A DNA stretch of 64,000 nucleotides from Thermoplasmatota archaeon (GCA_029762535.1 JARVGK010000010.1:4602-68601), one strand, 5' to 3'; counted from the stretch's first letter, positions 10,386 through 20,269 are shown. The notes: a model not told the origin generated them from the sequence alone. Numbers and translations are program-made.

Positions 10386-13300
10386 TTACTCTTCCCATAC
10401 CTCGTTGGTCCTATCCGTTCTCTTGTTCCGATTAAATATAAGGATTATCATAGCTGCGATGATGATGATCAAGAGAATGATCGATGCGAGGGCAATAAAG
10501 GGCATCATACTGTGACCTTTATCATATGCCGAGATATCGAAGCGAATGGATCGGTTCACATGCTCGGAGGAGGCCTCAAAGATCAGAACATGGATCCCGG
10601 CCTCCCCCTGGGGGACCTCCACCTCGATGATGACCGATTCGGTCCCACCCGGCAGGATCTCGAGCCGCTCGACGCTCAGACCGCACCAGGAAGGGGGCAG
10701 GCCATTTATCTCCAGCTCCACGACGATGGGGATGTTGCCCTTATTCGTCACATTGACGATGAACTCGAACTTCTCCCCCGTTCTGACCCTGCTCTTGTTC
10801 TCCGAAGGGCTCAGATCAAAGTCGTATAGAGTGAGGACGGTCACATTCACGGATCTTGAGATCACCAGCTTCCCGTCGTTCATATCGACCTCGAACAAGA
10901 GCGTATCGACGACCCCCGGAGGGATCCCCTCCGGGATCCTGATTGATATGCCCATGGCAGCGCTCCTACTGGATCCTATCCAGCCCCTTTCACCGCTCAA
11001 TATCCTTATGGATAGGTCCACGGATGATGATGCGCTGAGGCGATAGTCGAACGGCATGTTCCCGGCGTTGATCAACTCGAGGTCCAACGTCATTTCCTTA
11101 CCGGGCGGACCGGAAACGATCATCGGATAGAGCAGGTCCGCTCTAAGAATTTCCAGGATATTCAGATCTATCGACAAGGAGGCCGAAGCGTTGTTCAACG
11201 ACATGGCCCTCAGAATGAACGCAACGGATGAGGGAGGCAGGGCCTCGTTCAAAGCTACGTTCAAGGTAGCTGTCCTCTCCTCGAACGGCGCCATACGAGA
11301 ACCGTTGAAGGATATACCGAACTCCCACTGACCAACGGGCTCGACCGTATCGAAGACCACATCGTCAATGATGTTGCCCGTGTTCCGCACCGATACGCTG
11401 ATCGTGATCGTGGAATACGGCTCGATCCCGACCTCCTCCTCGGGCCCTTTCAGAGATATACCGTGGATCGATCTCGCTATCAATGTCAGGTTGATCGTGT
11501 CCAGAAGCCCCTCTGACGTGAAGGCACCGAGGACAACGCTGCACCATTCTCCGGCGAGAGTCGTTGGCGGGGCGGTCATTTTGAACGATATGGAGGCCTC
11601 CTCACCATACTGTACCTGTGTGCTGTTGACGAAAGAATGGTCCCAGATCGTTCCTTGTACGGACAGGACCTCGATCGACGTATTCAACATCACATTGCCC
11701 GTGTTCCTCAACAGAACTGTGAAAGGGATCTCCTCCCCCGGATCGGCGTGAAGCGTCACGACCTCCGATATGAACTCGGCCCTGAGGACGTTCCCAACCA
11801 ATACCGCAGCCTCCGTTTCAGCTGATATATATGGATCCCTCAAGGAGAACGCAGTGATGATGAGGTCGTATGCATTTCCCCCTGAAGCGTTCTCGGGAAC
11901 TATGAAATGCAAGAGGGCCCATCTTTTCTCATTCGCGATCATCTTAGAGCCGTTGAACTCGATCGTGATGGGAGACTTCAAGGATCCGCATACGGCCTGG
12001 ATGCTGATATCATCGAGGTCGTTCCCGGTATTGGTGATGTTAACATCGATCAAAGTACGCTCGCCAGGGTCATAGGATGATCCCCGAACCGTCGCATCGA
12101 TGAGGATCCCTCTTACCGTCGATGCGATGGTTTCGACCTCGATCTCGGTGAATATCGAGGGATCGCCTTCCATCTCTAATCTTACCAGCAACACCATGAT
12201 GTCTCCGGATAGGGCATCATCGGGAACAATGACGCTCAGTGATAGATCCCTCTTGATGCCGGGTTCGATCCCTGTCCCGTCGAAGGAGGCGTTCCATACC
12301 CATGACGGATCGTCCGATGCGATGATGACATCGAGATCCGATTCTGAGCTTCCATGGAACAATACATCGATCAGATATCCGACGCTCTCTCCGGGATCGG
12401 CGTATCCGATCCGGTTCCCCCCCGGGACCTCTATTCTATCCGGGGGGGTCCAATGCTCGGACATCCCTATCAGGAACTGCCCGATCCCGGCCGCCCCCCA
12501 GTACCATCCGGGGCAGTATTCGGCGGTATCATCGATATCCTCCTTGTAATTCCATCTCCTGACCCCGGGAGAGATCTCCTCCGACATGTTCATGACCCAG
12601 TTCGCGGACCTTACGGCGTGGTCAAGATAGGTCTCGTTGCCGGCCATCTCATAAGATGTCATGAAGGCGTATCCTATGCCGGAATTGCCCATGAGAAGCC
12701 CGGTAATGTATTCGCTTCCTCCTATAAGGTGCGGCCATTTGAGCTCGTCCTCGTTCACCTCGACCCGCTGGTATATTATCCAATTCATTATCCTCTCGGC
12801 CGCATCAAGGTATTTCGGATCACTCGTTGCCTTATGGAGCGAGAACAGAACGATGGCATGGCTGGGATCCCCGTGGCAGAGGATATTGGTATGATCTATG
12901 CTCATCATCCCCTCCCCCATCATCGTCCCCTGACCTACGGTCCAATTGGCCCCGGCCATGGCATTCTCGAGGTATGTCGAGTTACCGGTAGCCTCCCACA
13001 TTCGAATGAAGAACTGGACGATCCCGATGGTGCCCCCGCACCAGGACCGGTCCGGGTCCGGATCCCCCTCCACTCTCACCCACGCCTTCTCCCCCGGACC
13101 CATGTCCATTCCCATCGAGATGAGCCATCCGGCGCCTCCAAGGGCGTAGTCGAGATAAGCCGTGTTTTGAGTGTCCGAGTGGATCTCCATAAGGACATGG
13201 GACAGCCCAGCCGTGCCGTGGTACCATCCCGTCATGTTGTGATCTATCGTCGAGAACGACTTCCATTTGTAACCCCCTGGCGCGGGCACGGCCTGATCAA

Positions 13301-13841
13301 CGAGCCAGTTGGCGCCTTTTACCGCATAGTCAAGATATGTGGAGTTCCCGGTGGAGCGATACAGCATCGAGAGGTATTCCATCGTCGAGCCTATGCCCCC
13401 TAAATAGTCGGGGTCGTATATGCCCCATCCCTCATATTTGGACCATCTGCATGAGTTCGGACCAACCCCCTCGGCAATGGATATGAGCCATCTGCCCGTT
13501 CCTTCGGCAAACTCCAGATATGTCCCGTTCCCGGTGGCATGATAGAGCTCCAGGAAGAACTTGCCCACACCGACCGCGCCCATGGACTGCTCTGTCATGA
13601 AACGATCGCTCTCGAGATCGGAATTGTACCACTTGTACTGCCCGGGAGCGGGCTCCATCGCGATCGACATCAGCCATCTGGCCGCGGATTCGGCATGGTT
13701 TAGGTATGGATTGTCGTAGGGTTCGAGAGCTGGCGCGTCCCTGGTCGGCTCGACCCATCCGGAAGGCACCTGGATATGGAGCGTGAAGATCAATGAAAGA
13801 ACAACAAGAGAGGTGGCCCATCTCACGTTCATTCCTCCCAT
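10386..13841 (-). CDS. Giant surface protein with signal peptide, an N-terminal LanC-like (lanthionine synthetase C-like, alpha/alpha-toroid) domain, multiple CARDB/NEW3-like beta-sandwich domains, a C-terminal TM anchor and a tail ending VWEE.
   Basis: About seven ~55-aa repeats with G-x-A/G-G and GN-x-TYL-x-x-A-x-x-x-x-W-L signatures. The LanC zinc-ligand triad is in order: HG (GWYHGTAGL), WC-x-G (SWCGGTIGIVQFF), CHG (ILCHGDPSHAI). Downstream there are NTGN-type beta-sandwich repeats. C-terminus FIALASIILLIIIIAAMIILIFNRNKRTDRTNEVWEE. The start may instead be Met4 (13832), giving an ATGA overlap with the upstream gene's stop. Confidence 0.65.
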   Translation of the reverse strand: MGGMNVRWATSLVVLSLIFTLHIQVPSGWVEPTRDAPALEPYDNPYLNHAESAARWLMSIAMEPAPGQYKWYNSDLESDRFMTEQSMGAVGVGKFFLELYHATGNGTYLEFAEGTGRWLISIAEGVGPNSCRWSKYEGWGIYDPDYLGGIGSTMEYLSMLYRSTGNSTYLDYAVKGANWLVDQAVPAPGGYKWKSFSTIDHNMTGWYHGTAGLSHVLMEIHSDTQNTAYLDYALGGAGWLISMGMDMGPGEKAWVRVEGDPDPDRSWCGGTIGIVQFFIRMWEATGNSTYLENAMAGANWTVGQGTMMGEGMMSIDHTNILCHGDPSHAIVLFSLHKATSDPKYLDAAERIMNWIIYQRVEVNEDELKWPHLIGGSEYITGLLMGNSGIGYAFMTSYEMAGNETYLDHAVRSANWVMNMSEEISPGVRRWNYKEDIDDTAEYCPGWYWGAAGIGQFLIGMSEHWTPPDRIEVPGGNRIGYADPGESVGYLIDVLFHGSSESDLDVIIASDDPSWVWNASFDGTGIEPGIKRDLSLSVIVPDDALSGDIMVLLVRLEMEGDPSIFTEIEVETIASTVRGILIDATVRGSSYDPGERTLIDVNITNTGNDLDDISIQAVCGSLKSPITIEFNGSKMIANEKRWALLHFIVPENASGGNAYDLIITAFSLRDPYISAETEAAVLVGNVLRAEFISEVVTLHADPGEEIPFTVLLRNTGNVMLNTSIEVLSVQGTIWDHSFVNSTQVQYGEEASISFKMTAPPTTLAGEWCSVVLGAFTSEGLLDTINLTLIARSIHGISLKGPEEEVGIEPYSTITISVSVRNTGNIIDDVVFDTVEPVGQWEFGISFNGSRMAPFEERTATLNVALNEALPPSSVAFILRAMSLNNASASLSIDLNILEILRADLLYPMIVSGPPGKEMTLDLELINAGNMPFDYRLSASSSVDLSIRILSGERGWIGSSRSAAMGISIRIPEGIPPGVVDTLLFEVDMNDGKLVISRSVNVTVLTLYDFDLSPSENKSRVRTGEKFEFIVNVTNKGNIPIVVELEINGLPPSWCGLSVERLEILPGGTESVIIEVEVPQGEAGIHVLIFEASSEHVNRSIRFDISAYDKGHSMMPFIALASIILLIIIIAAMIILIFNRNKRTDRTNEVWEE

Positions 13842-16800
13842 ATCGAGGTCTCCTGCCTCCGTTTAAGGACGAATGCGGCACCTGCGATGATCACAGCGAG
13901 CACGAGGATGATCGCTATGACCACCAGAACGGGCGATAGCCCCCTCTGGTTCGAGTCCCGTTCGACAACGTTGAGCTTCAGGAGGATCGTGCTGGTGGAG
14001 GACCCGTCCGATGCGCTGACCTGTATCGTATGAGGGCCGGGGGCGAGGTCCTGGGTCGGCACCGAGAGCGTCAGGTCCCTTGATGAGTAGGGGCCCATAT
14101 CTACCGGGGACGGAGGGTCCACCTCGCATTCGATCCCTGCGTATACCGAGGCGGATACAACGCCGTTCCCCGCATTCTCAAGGATCAGCCTGAATACGGC
14201 AATGGAGCCGCTCTTGACTTCCACATCGGTGTTATCGCAGGTCAATTCCAGATCGGAGACCCTCTCCGGGGACACCTTCATGGACAGGTATGTCGCCGGA
14301 CCGCCGTCCACAACGGACACCGCCCTCAGCATGACCGCCTCTTCGGACCCCAAGAGCATCGATCGCGGCAATTTGACCTGGAATATGTGCCATTTGGTTT
14401 CCCCGGGACCGATCCGGACCGTCGAGTTCGGGGACAGTATAACCAGAGCGCTCCCGGATGAGACATTGACGGAGATCTCGTCCAATCCGTTACCCGTGTT
14501 CACTATCTCCACCTCGACCTCGACCGTCGATCCGGGGAGCGCCGAGATGTTAGAGGGGAGGTGGCACTCGAATCCAGGCATCCGGTCCACGGTGATGTGT
14601 ATGCCGAGATCGGATCGGCTCGACGGATCCCCCGCGGATATGCAGCTGACGTTGATCTGCTCGGTATCCCCCTCGAGGGAATCAACAGGGACCGAGATGT
14701 TAAGGTGGAGCATCCAGCTCTCTCCCGGGAGGACGCTCGCGCCCTCCGTGAAAAGGACTGCCTCCCAACCCGATCGGTTCTTCAACACGAGTTCCAGTTC
14801 GTCGGGGGCGTTCCCGGTGTTGACCACGGGGATGGCAAAGGATAGCATCTCTCCGGGTTTGGCGAAGGCGCGCACCTCGTCGTGGACCACGGTCAGCGAA
14901 TGGAGAGCCCCGACGCTAATGCGGACCTCGAGCGGGTCCGAGGCGTTCCCTGAGGATGATGCCATCAATGAGACGAGGTCCGTTTCGCCGAACGCAGCAT
15001 CGTCCGGGACAAGTAAGGTCACCGCTCCCGCCCTTTTCTCTGCCGGCACCATGCCCGTCCCGTTGAAATCGATATCACCGCTCCAGTTCACGAATGCGGC
15101 ATCCAGTGTGATGTCGTCCATGCCGTTGCCCGAGTTCTCCACGGTGATCATTATTTCCACGATATCGCCGGGTAGGGCATTCCGGTGAACATCATCCTCA
15201 AGTATCCTCACGCCGAAAAGGTGCCCCACTTCTGTCTCTATCGCGACCGTGACGCTCTTTTCGGGATCGCTCGCGGAGGTGAAGGACAAGAGAGCGGTGA
15301 ACGTCTCGTGATGCATGGAACCGTTCGGCGTCCTCACGATGACCTCAACCGCTCTGCTCCCTCCCGGTGGGACATCGGACCCGTCAAGGTCAAGGCTCAG
15401 ATCCCATCCTTGGGGAGGCGTGGCGTGTTCGAGGACTATGTCATCCACGATATCGCCGGTGTTGAACACATCGAATGAGTAAGAGGCGCTCTCCCCGGGA
15501 AGGGCGATCCCTTTGAGTTCCGATGCGGAGGATCCCACGCCAAAGGTAGGGTTCCGCGTCAATCTGATGGTCAGATTGTAATATGTCACATCGTACATCG
15601 ATACCTCAGGGAGGCTGGCCTGGATGTGGAGCCTGGTCTCGCCGTCGAAGCGCTCCAGCACGTGAAAGACCCCGAGCGAGGGCTGCTCCTCAAAAACCAA
15701 CTCAACGCTGAGCGGATCGGTGTAATCGTGAGGCAGGACGATGGGCTCGTAGAACAGGTCCTCTCCATGATGGTACATATCCCAGTTGGGGAACCACGTG
15801 TCCACGGAAGGCGGCCGATGGTAGCTGATGTTGAGCTCCATGGTCGCCCCATCGACCCTTTCGAACTCTACCCTTGTCAGGTTCAGCCCAGGGTCATGAT
15901 CGTTCCTGAAAGGGTCGTGCATAGGATCCCCATAATAGACCCTATTGGATTTACCCCCAAGCATGGCGGCCGCGGAAGGCCATTCCACGGGATCGAAATC
16001 CCCGGAGGGCAGTATGTCCGGAAGGTAGGCGCTCTCCCCCTCATTGTAAAGGCGTAGGTTCGGGCTGTTTCCCATGAACCCCATCACGACCTGGTCCAGG
16101 GATCTCTTGTATATGTCGCCCATGGGCTCATGGTATCTAAGAGCGTTCCACTGGTCGAAATAGCTGTTGTATCCGTGGTTCGCCCCGATGGGTGCAAAAT
16201 ATCCCGTGGCGTTGTCACCCAAAATCCTGTTGAAGAAAGCGAAATCATCTGACATCTCGTAGAATCTCACAACCCCTTCCGTGTTGCCGAAGGTCGCTGC
16301 GATATCCCCCTCGACCAGGGCCCTCTTGGGCACTCCTGAATGGCATGTCCCCGCGAACACGACCGCGGGGTAGAGATCTATCCCGCTCAGGTTCTCGGGT
16401 GTCAATCCCATCCGGGCATGGGCGGGATCCTCGATCTTCGCAGGGTCGTAGGTCCATACGGGCGGGTCAGGGTCGAGGTTCCCTCCTTTGAATAGCCATG
16501 TCATATGTGGATCCCCGTCCCCGCTGATGGTAACCATCCTCGATCCTTCGAGGTCCGCCGCGTTATCGAGGAAGAAGTCCCTTCCGGAACCAGTGTCGTT
16601 GACCTCCATATACAGGTGGACCTCCGAGTCCCTCACGATCTTGTGGAAGCTGTTCGAGCCGGTCACCCTCCAGTTCAGGGAGCTTGCGGAATATCCGGAC
16701 ACTTTCATAGGGAGCAGATGAGCCTCTTCCTCCTCCGCCCTGATGATGTTCTCGACGAAGGAGAGGGCGTCAGCGGGCGTCGCCCCGGTTATGTATCCCC

Positions 16801-17188
16801 ATGAGAAGTCAGGGAAGGGATCGTCGTCCAGCGTTGTCGAGTTCATGACGAAGGACCTGTGGAAGTTGATGTCCATCTCCAGGGGTCTGACGACCACGGC
16901 GACGTATCTGGCATCCATCTCCTTCAGGCCCTCCATGAGAGATGGGAGATCGTCCACGGAGAACTCGATCACGGTCCCGCCCCTGAATAGCGCCAATGCC
17001 TCGGCGGCATCCCTGTAGGGATCCGTCGAGTTCGCCGTTGTCGCAATGACGTACGTCGATGGCACATCCAACACATTAGGCGTCCCTTCGACGTTACCGC
17101 CTGAGATAAATGAATAAGGAAAAGAGGGGCCTGCTATGAGGAGAAGGACGACGATCGAGATCATACCAGGAACGTTTAGAGAATGCAT
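13829..17188 (-). CDS. Giant surface protein with signal peptide, an N-terminal clan-CD peptidase C25 (gingipain)-like domain, at least five CARDB-like domains, a TM anchor and a tail ending SIWEE.
   Basis: The N-terminal region (YVIATTANSTDPYRDAAEALALFRGGTVIEFSVDDL ... SGDGDPH ... AVVFAGTCHSG) resembles the C25 propeptide/catalytic region, with a His-then-Cys order. CARDB-like repeats: FDVFNTGDIVDDIVLE, VENSGNGMDDITLD, VVNTGNAPDELELV, IVNTGNGLDEISVN, ILENAGNGVVSASV. C-terminus VLVVIAIILVLAVIIAGAAFVLKRRQETSIWEE. Confidence 0.6.
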   Translation of the reverse strand: MHSLNVPGMISIVVLLLIAGPSFPYSFISGGNVEGTPNVLDVPSTYVIATTANSTDPYRDAAEALALFRGGTVIEFSVDDLPSLMEGLKEMDARYVAVVVRPLEMDINFHRSFVMNSTTLDDDPFPDFSWGYITGATPADALSFVENIIRAEEEEAHLLPMKVSGYSASSLNWRVTGSNSFHKIVRDSEVHLYMEVNDTGSGRDFFLDNAADLEGSRMVTISGDGDPHMTWLFKGGNLDPDPPVWTYDPAKIEDPAHARMGLTPENLSGIDLYPAVVFAGTCHSGVPKRALVEGDIAATFGNTEGVVRFYEMSDDFAFFNRILGDNATGYFAPIGANHGYNSYFDQWNALRYHEPMGDIYKRSLDQVVMGFMGNSPNLRLYNEGESAYLPDILPSGDFDPVEWPSAAAMLGGKSNRVYYGDPMHDPFRNDHDPGLNLTRVEFERVDGATMELNISYHRPPSVDTWFPNWDMYHHGEDLFYEPIVLPHDYTDPLSVELVFEEQPSLGVFHVLERFDGETRLHIQASLPEVSMYDVTYYNLTIRLTRNPTFGVGSSASELKGIALPGESASYSFDVFNTGDIVDDIVLEHATPPQGWDLSLDLDGSDVPPGGSRAVEVIVRTPNGSMHHETFTALLSFTSASDPEKSVTVAIETEVGHLFGVRILEDDVHRNALPGDIVEIMITVENSGNGMDDITLDAAFVNWSGDIDFNGTGMVPAEKRAGAVTLLVPDDAAFGETDLVSLMASSSGNASDPLEVRISVGALHSLTVVHDEVRAFAKPGEMLSFAIPVVNTGNAPDELELVLKNRSGWEAVLFTEGASVLPGESWMLHLNISVPVDSLEGDTEQINVSCISAGDPSSRSDLGIHITVDRMPGFECHLPSNISALPGSTVEVEVEIVNTGNGLDEISVNVSSGSALVILSPNSTVRIGPGETKWHIFQVKLPRSMLLGSEEAVMLRAVSVVDGGPATYLSMKVSPERVSDLELTCDNTDVEVKSGSIAVFRLILENAGNGVVSASVYAGIECEVDPPSPVDMGPYSSRDLTLSVPTQDLAPGPHTIQVSASDGSSTSTILLKLNVVERDSNQRGLSPVLVVIAIILVLAVIIAGAAFVLKRRQETSIWEE

Positions 17189-17414
17189 CGAATGAGAACA
17201 ACACGTTAGAGATACTAATATTATTCTCGATAGATATCGCTGGGACGGACTGGTACGGATGTGAGATATGGGGTCGATTCAGCCCATACTCGGCCATTGT
17301 ATGGATACCTGACCTCTTGCCGATCCTGCTCCGATCGATCGAATCTTGCTATGCTATGGATCTGAGAACGAAGGAGGTTGAAAAACCTTTAGGCAGGCAC
17401 GACCTATTGTCGTT

Positions 17415-18920
17415 TCACCTGTTCCTCATCATCGAGTAATACCCGATCACGTCACCGTCATATCCAAGCCTGTTGAGGATCTCCCCCTTCAGCTCGAGCG
17501 ACCTCTTGAAGAAAATGAAGTTATCAAGGATCCAACCCGCTGCTGACTCCGTCAGGCCTCCCTGAAGCCATCTTTTTAGGAAGAATCCTTTCGATGTCAG
17601 ATAATATTTGTAGTACTTCTCGGCCTCCTTCCTCTTCCCTGGGGTGGAATACAGCATCATGGTGAGATTGATGTAGCTCTCGGGATAGTCCGGGTTCCTG
17701 TTTATCGCCTCCAGAAAGGCCTTGATCGCTTCAGGGTACTTCCCTTGAGAGGCGAGTACCTTCCCTCTCTCGTTGAAGGCGATCTCGTATTCCCCCGGTT
17801 CAAAGATGATCTCCCTGAGGGACCTTCCACGATCCATTTTAAAGAGGATGTTGTCAGAACCGCTGGACATCCCGAACCCGTTCACTGGATTCAATTCGAT
17901 GGCACGATCCACTTGTTGCAATGCATAGTGATCCTTACCGCTCCTGTGCATATCATCCGCCCTGATCAACGCTCTGCTGACCGCTTTGAGTTCGTGCTGC
18001 ATCTTCAGGTCCAGCGATCTCAAGGATACGATCGACCCCATGCCAGCAATGAGCAATAGAATTCCTGCCGCAGCGGAGATCTCGAACACCCTTATCGGAC
18101 CTACAATTCGAAGAGTGCACAAAGATACCGCTGAAACCAAGACCCCTGAGGACCAGATAAGAGAGGGCATCGATCTCCTCAAGGGGAACGCCGAAGAGCT
18201 CATATTTATCGCCATGATCGAGAAGGTCATCACCATCCCGATCAATAATAGGGTCTCATTTCGGAGCATCCAGTGATCGACGATGTCGGGTTTATCCAAC
18301 ATTATACGTGTGAGCCCGAAAAAAGAAGGCATGAATCCCAAAACGGGCAGAAAGAGACGATCTATCCGCACCTTCTTTATACCCAGGGCCGAAGCTATGA
18401 CCGCGGCCAAGCCCGATATGAGAAAGATTATGGCGATGGTCGAACTATCGGCCCGCGGCTTCGCGTTCAAAACATAGGATAGCGATGACGATACGACAAG
18501 CATGCCCATGATGAAGGAGAGAGTGAGCATAGGCTCCTTTCCAAAAGAAAGGGCCCTCGTCTGATAGATGATCGCTCCCGAACCCAGTAGGGAGAGGAAT
18601 AGCATAGGGAACACCATCCATGATGACCTCTCCATCGTCTCCGAATAGTGATCTCCCATTATCGGACCCGACGCATGGATGAAAAGAGATATCGCCATAC
18701 AGAATGTGGCGATCAGGAAGATCGTGTTGATGCTCGTCAGGTCATCCCTGGGAAATTTCCCCACACACCCCTCGCAAACAGGTCCGGAAGGGCTACTTGA
18801 ACCGCACATAAGGCATCCTCCTCCCTCCTCAAAGGGGGGATCCTTACGCGATGTCCTGCCGCCCTCCATTGTACGCTCCTTCAAGAGGTTCAATGGACCA
18901 CCACCCTTCGATGACCCCAC
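17415..18920 (-). CDS. Polytopic membrane protein with an N-terminal Cys4 zinc ribbon, ~8 hydrophobic segments and C-terminal TPR repeats.
   Basis: CLMCGSSSPSGPVCEGCVG near the N-terminus. About eight hydrophobic stretches counted by eye. The C-terminal ~180 aa carry TPR-like repeats (ALQQVDRAIELNP..., AIKAFLEAINRNPDYPESYINLTMMLY..., EAEKYYKYYL). Confidence 0.55.
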   Translation of the reverse strand: MGSSKGGGPLNLLKERTMEGGRTSRKDPPFEEGGGCLMCGSSSPSGPVCEGCVGKFPRDDLTSINTIFLIATFCMAISLFIHASGPIMGDHYSETMERSSWMVFPMLFLSLLGSGAIIYQTRALSFGKEPMLTLSFIMGMLVVSSSLSYVLNAKPRADSSTIAIIFLISGLAAVIASALGIKKVRIDRLFLPVLGFMPSFFGLTRIMLDKPDIVDHWMLRNETLLLIGMVMTFSIMAINMSSSAFPLRRSMPSLIWSSGVLVSAVSLCTLRIVGPIRVFEISAAAGILLLIAGMGSIVSLRSLDLKMQHELKAVSRALIRADDMHRSGKDHYALQQVDRAIELNPVNGFGMSSGSDNILFKMDRGRSLREIIFEPGEYEIAFNERGKVLASQGKYPEAIKAFLEAINRNPDYPESYINLTMMLYSTPGKRKEAEKYYKYYLTSKGFFLKRWLQGGLTESAAGWILDNFIFFKRSLELKGEILNRLGYDGDVIGYYSMMRNR

Positions 18921-20269
18921 CGCAGCTCGATCCCCCTGCGAGTAACGTACATGAAATATAGATATGCAGTGTGGAATCCATTGATCAGATCGTAAACGGT
19001 CTTAAGTGGCAGATACTGGACGAGGCCCCTAGTCTCTTTATACTGGACGAGGATCAAGACCCTCATAAGGAAATAGAACGCTACGAGAATGACGCTCCGC
19101 AATGCGATGAACTCGAGGAGCGAGTGATAGGACAAACCCGTAAAAAGCAACGTTATGGTAAGTAAGAACGATACAAGGAAAATAAGGGCGGACAATGTCG
19201 TGGAGATCCATGTGAAATAAGTGTACAACGCCCAGGGATTTCGCCAGAGATGCCATTTGTTCTCCCTCCACGCCTGGAACTGACCGAAAATCCATCTCCT
19301 TCTCTGATTGAACCATCCGGTCCATGAGACCGGCGCTTCGGTATACGACCTGGCACCCGGTGCGGCCCTCGTCGTATATCCGGTGGACAGGATCGACATG
19401 GTCAGGTCGCAATCCTCAACGACCGTTCTATCCAAAGGCGGATACATACGAGCAAGGTCCGTTCTCATGCCGAATATCGGGCCAGGGGCTATAAGGACGG
19501 ACCCATCCTCGCTCTGGCACGTCCTTATCACATGCTGGGTGATTATGTATTCGAGCTGCTGAAGCTTCGTTAGGGTTCCGGCAAAGGTGTTCCTTATCGT
19601 CACGAAACCGCCAACAATCCCGGCGTCCGGGTATGCCCTGAAGGTCTCTACTATCTCGGAGACGGCGTTCTTGTCCATCGTGCTGTCCCCGTCGGTCATA
19701 AGTACGATAGGCCCCGTGGCTTTTTGGATCCCGTAGGTGAGGGCCGAGGCCTTGCCCCCGTTCTCTTTATGATATATCTTAAGGTCCCTGCGTCCCGATC
19801 CGCCCTTGAATATACTGGATACAGACCATGTATTGTCCCTGGACCCATCGTCGATCACCAATACCTCTATCTCTCCCCGATAGGTCTGATCGTAACAGTT
19901 CAGTATCGCCCTGCCCACGTTGAGCCCTTCGTTGTAGCAGGGAATGATGATTGATACCTTTGGATATCTCGATCGGGCGAAGGGATCCGGTCCTGAACCC
20001 GTTCCTGTCCTCTTTCGGAACTTCCCGGAAAACGCCTTTGAAATGGTCGAACGTACCGCCAGATATGTGAACGGGAAGACGTTCGCTAGAATGAAGAACG
20101 TGTAGTATAGGTCCAAAATGAGATAGAGGGGGCCCCCTTGATGGATCTCCTCGGCGTCAAGGACCAATTTTCCGTTGCCTATGGAAAGACCCAGATGTGC
20201 GGGGATAGCGATAAGGGGCAGTGTCAATACCATTGCAAGCATTAGGCATACAACGATGGATATCCTCAT
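18890..20269 (-). CDS. Membrane-integrated processive family-2 glycosyltransferase (cellulose/chitin/PNAG-synthase-like).
   Basis: GT2 signatures: IIIPCYNEG, VLVIDDGSRDNT, MTDGDSTMD, and the processivity motif Q-x-x-R-W (NQRRRWIFGQ). TM segments flank the catalytic domain. The start is probably Met9 at 20269 (MRISIVV...), which gives an ATGA overlap with the stop of the upstream GHL10-like gene. The ORF-track start is 20293. Confidence 0.75.
   Translation of the reverse strand: MRISIVVCLMLAMVLTLPLIAIPAHLGLSIGNGKLVLDAEEIHQGGPLYLILDLYYTFFILANVFPFTYLAVRSTISKAFSGKFRKRTGTGSGPDPFARSRYPKVSIIIPCYNEGLNVGRAILNCYDQTYRGEIEVLVIDDGSRDNTWSVSSIFKGGSGRRDLKIYHKENGGKASALTYGIQKATGPIVLMTDGDSTMDKNAVSEIVETFRAYPDAGIVGGFVTIRNTFAGTLTKLQQLEYIITQHVIRTCQSEDGSVLIAPGPIFGMRTDLARMYPPLDRTVVEDCDLTMSILSTGYTTRAAPGARSYTEAPVSWTGWFNQRRRWIFGQFQAWRENKWHLWRNPWALYTYFTWISTTLSALIFLVSFLLTITLLFTGLSYHSLLEFIALRSVILVAFYFLMRVLILVQYKETRGLVQYLPLKTVYDLINGFHTAYLYFMYVTRRGIELRWGHRRVVVH

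Noticed and set aside
12354-13403. 349-aa plus-strand ORF inside the LanC-like surface-protein gene (also 22885-24054, 29127-30137, 30264-31367, 40938-41765, 61143-62699, 54738-55556, 58563-59315)
   Set aside because: All are antisense or alternate-frame ORFs inside strongly supported genes, with His/Arg/Pro/Gly-rich compositions. They are artefacts of high GC content.
13829-17188. Assigning a precise catalytic dyad to the C25-like domain of the 1119-aa surface protein
   Set aside because: The His (SGDGDPH) and Cys (AGTCHSG) candidates are in the right order. However, I cannot align them residue-for-residue to gingipain from memory. The family is called with moderate confidence only.
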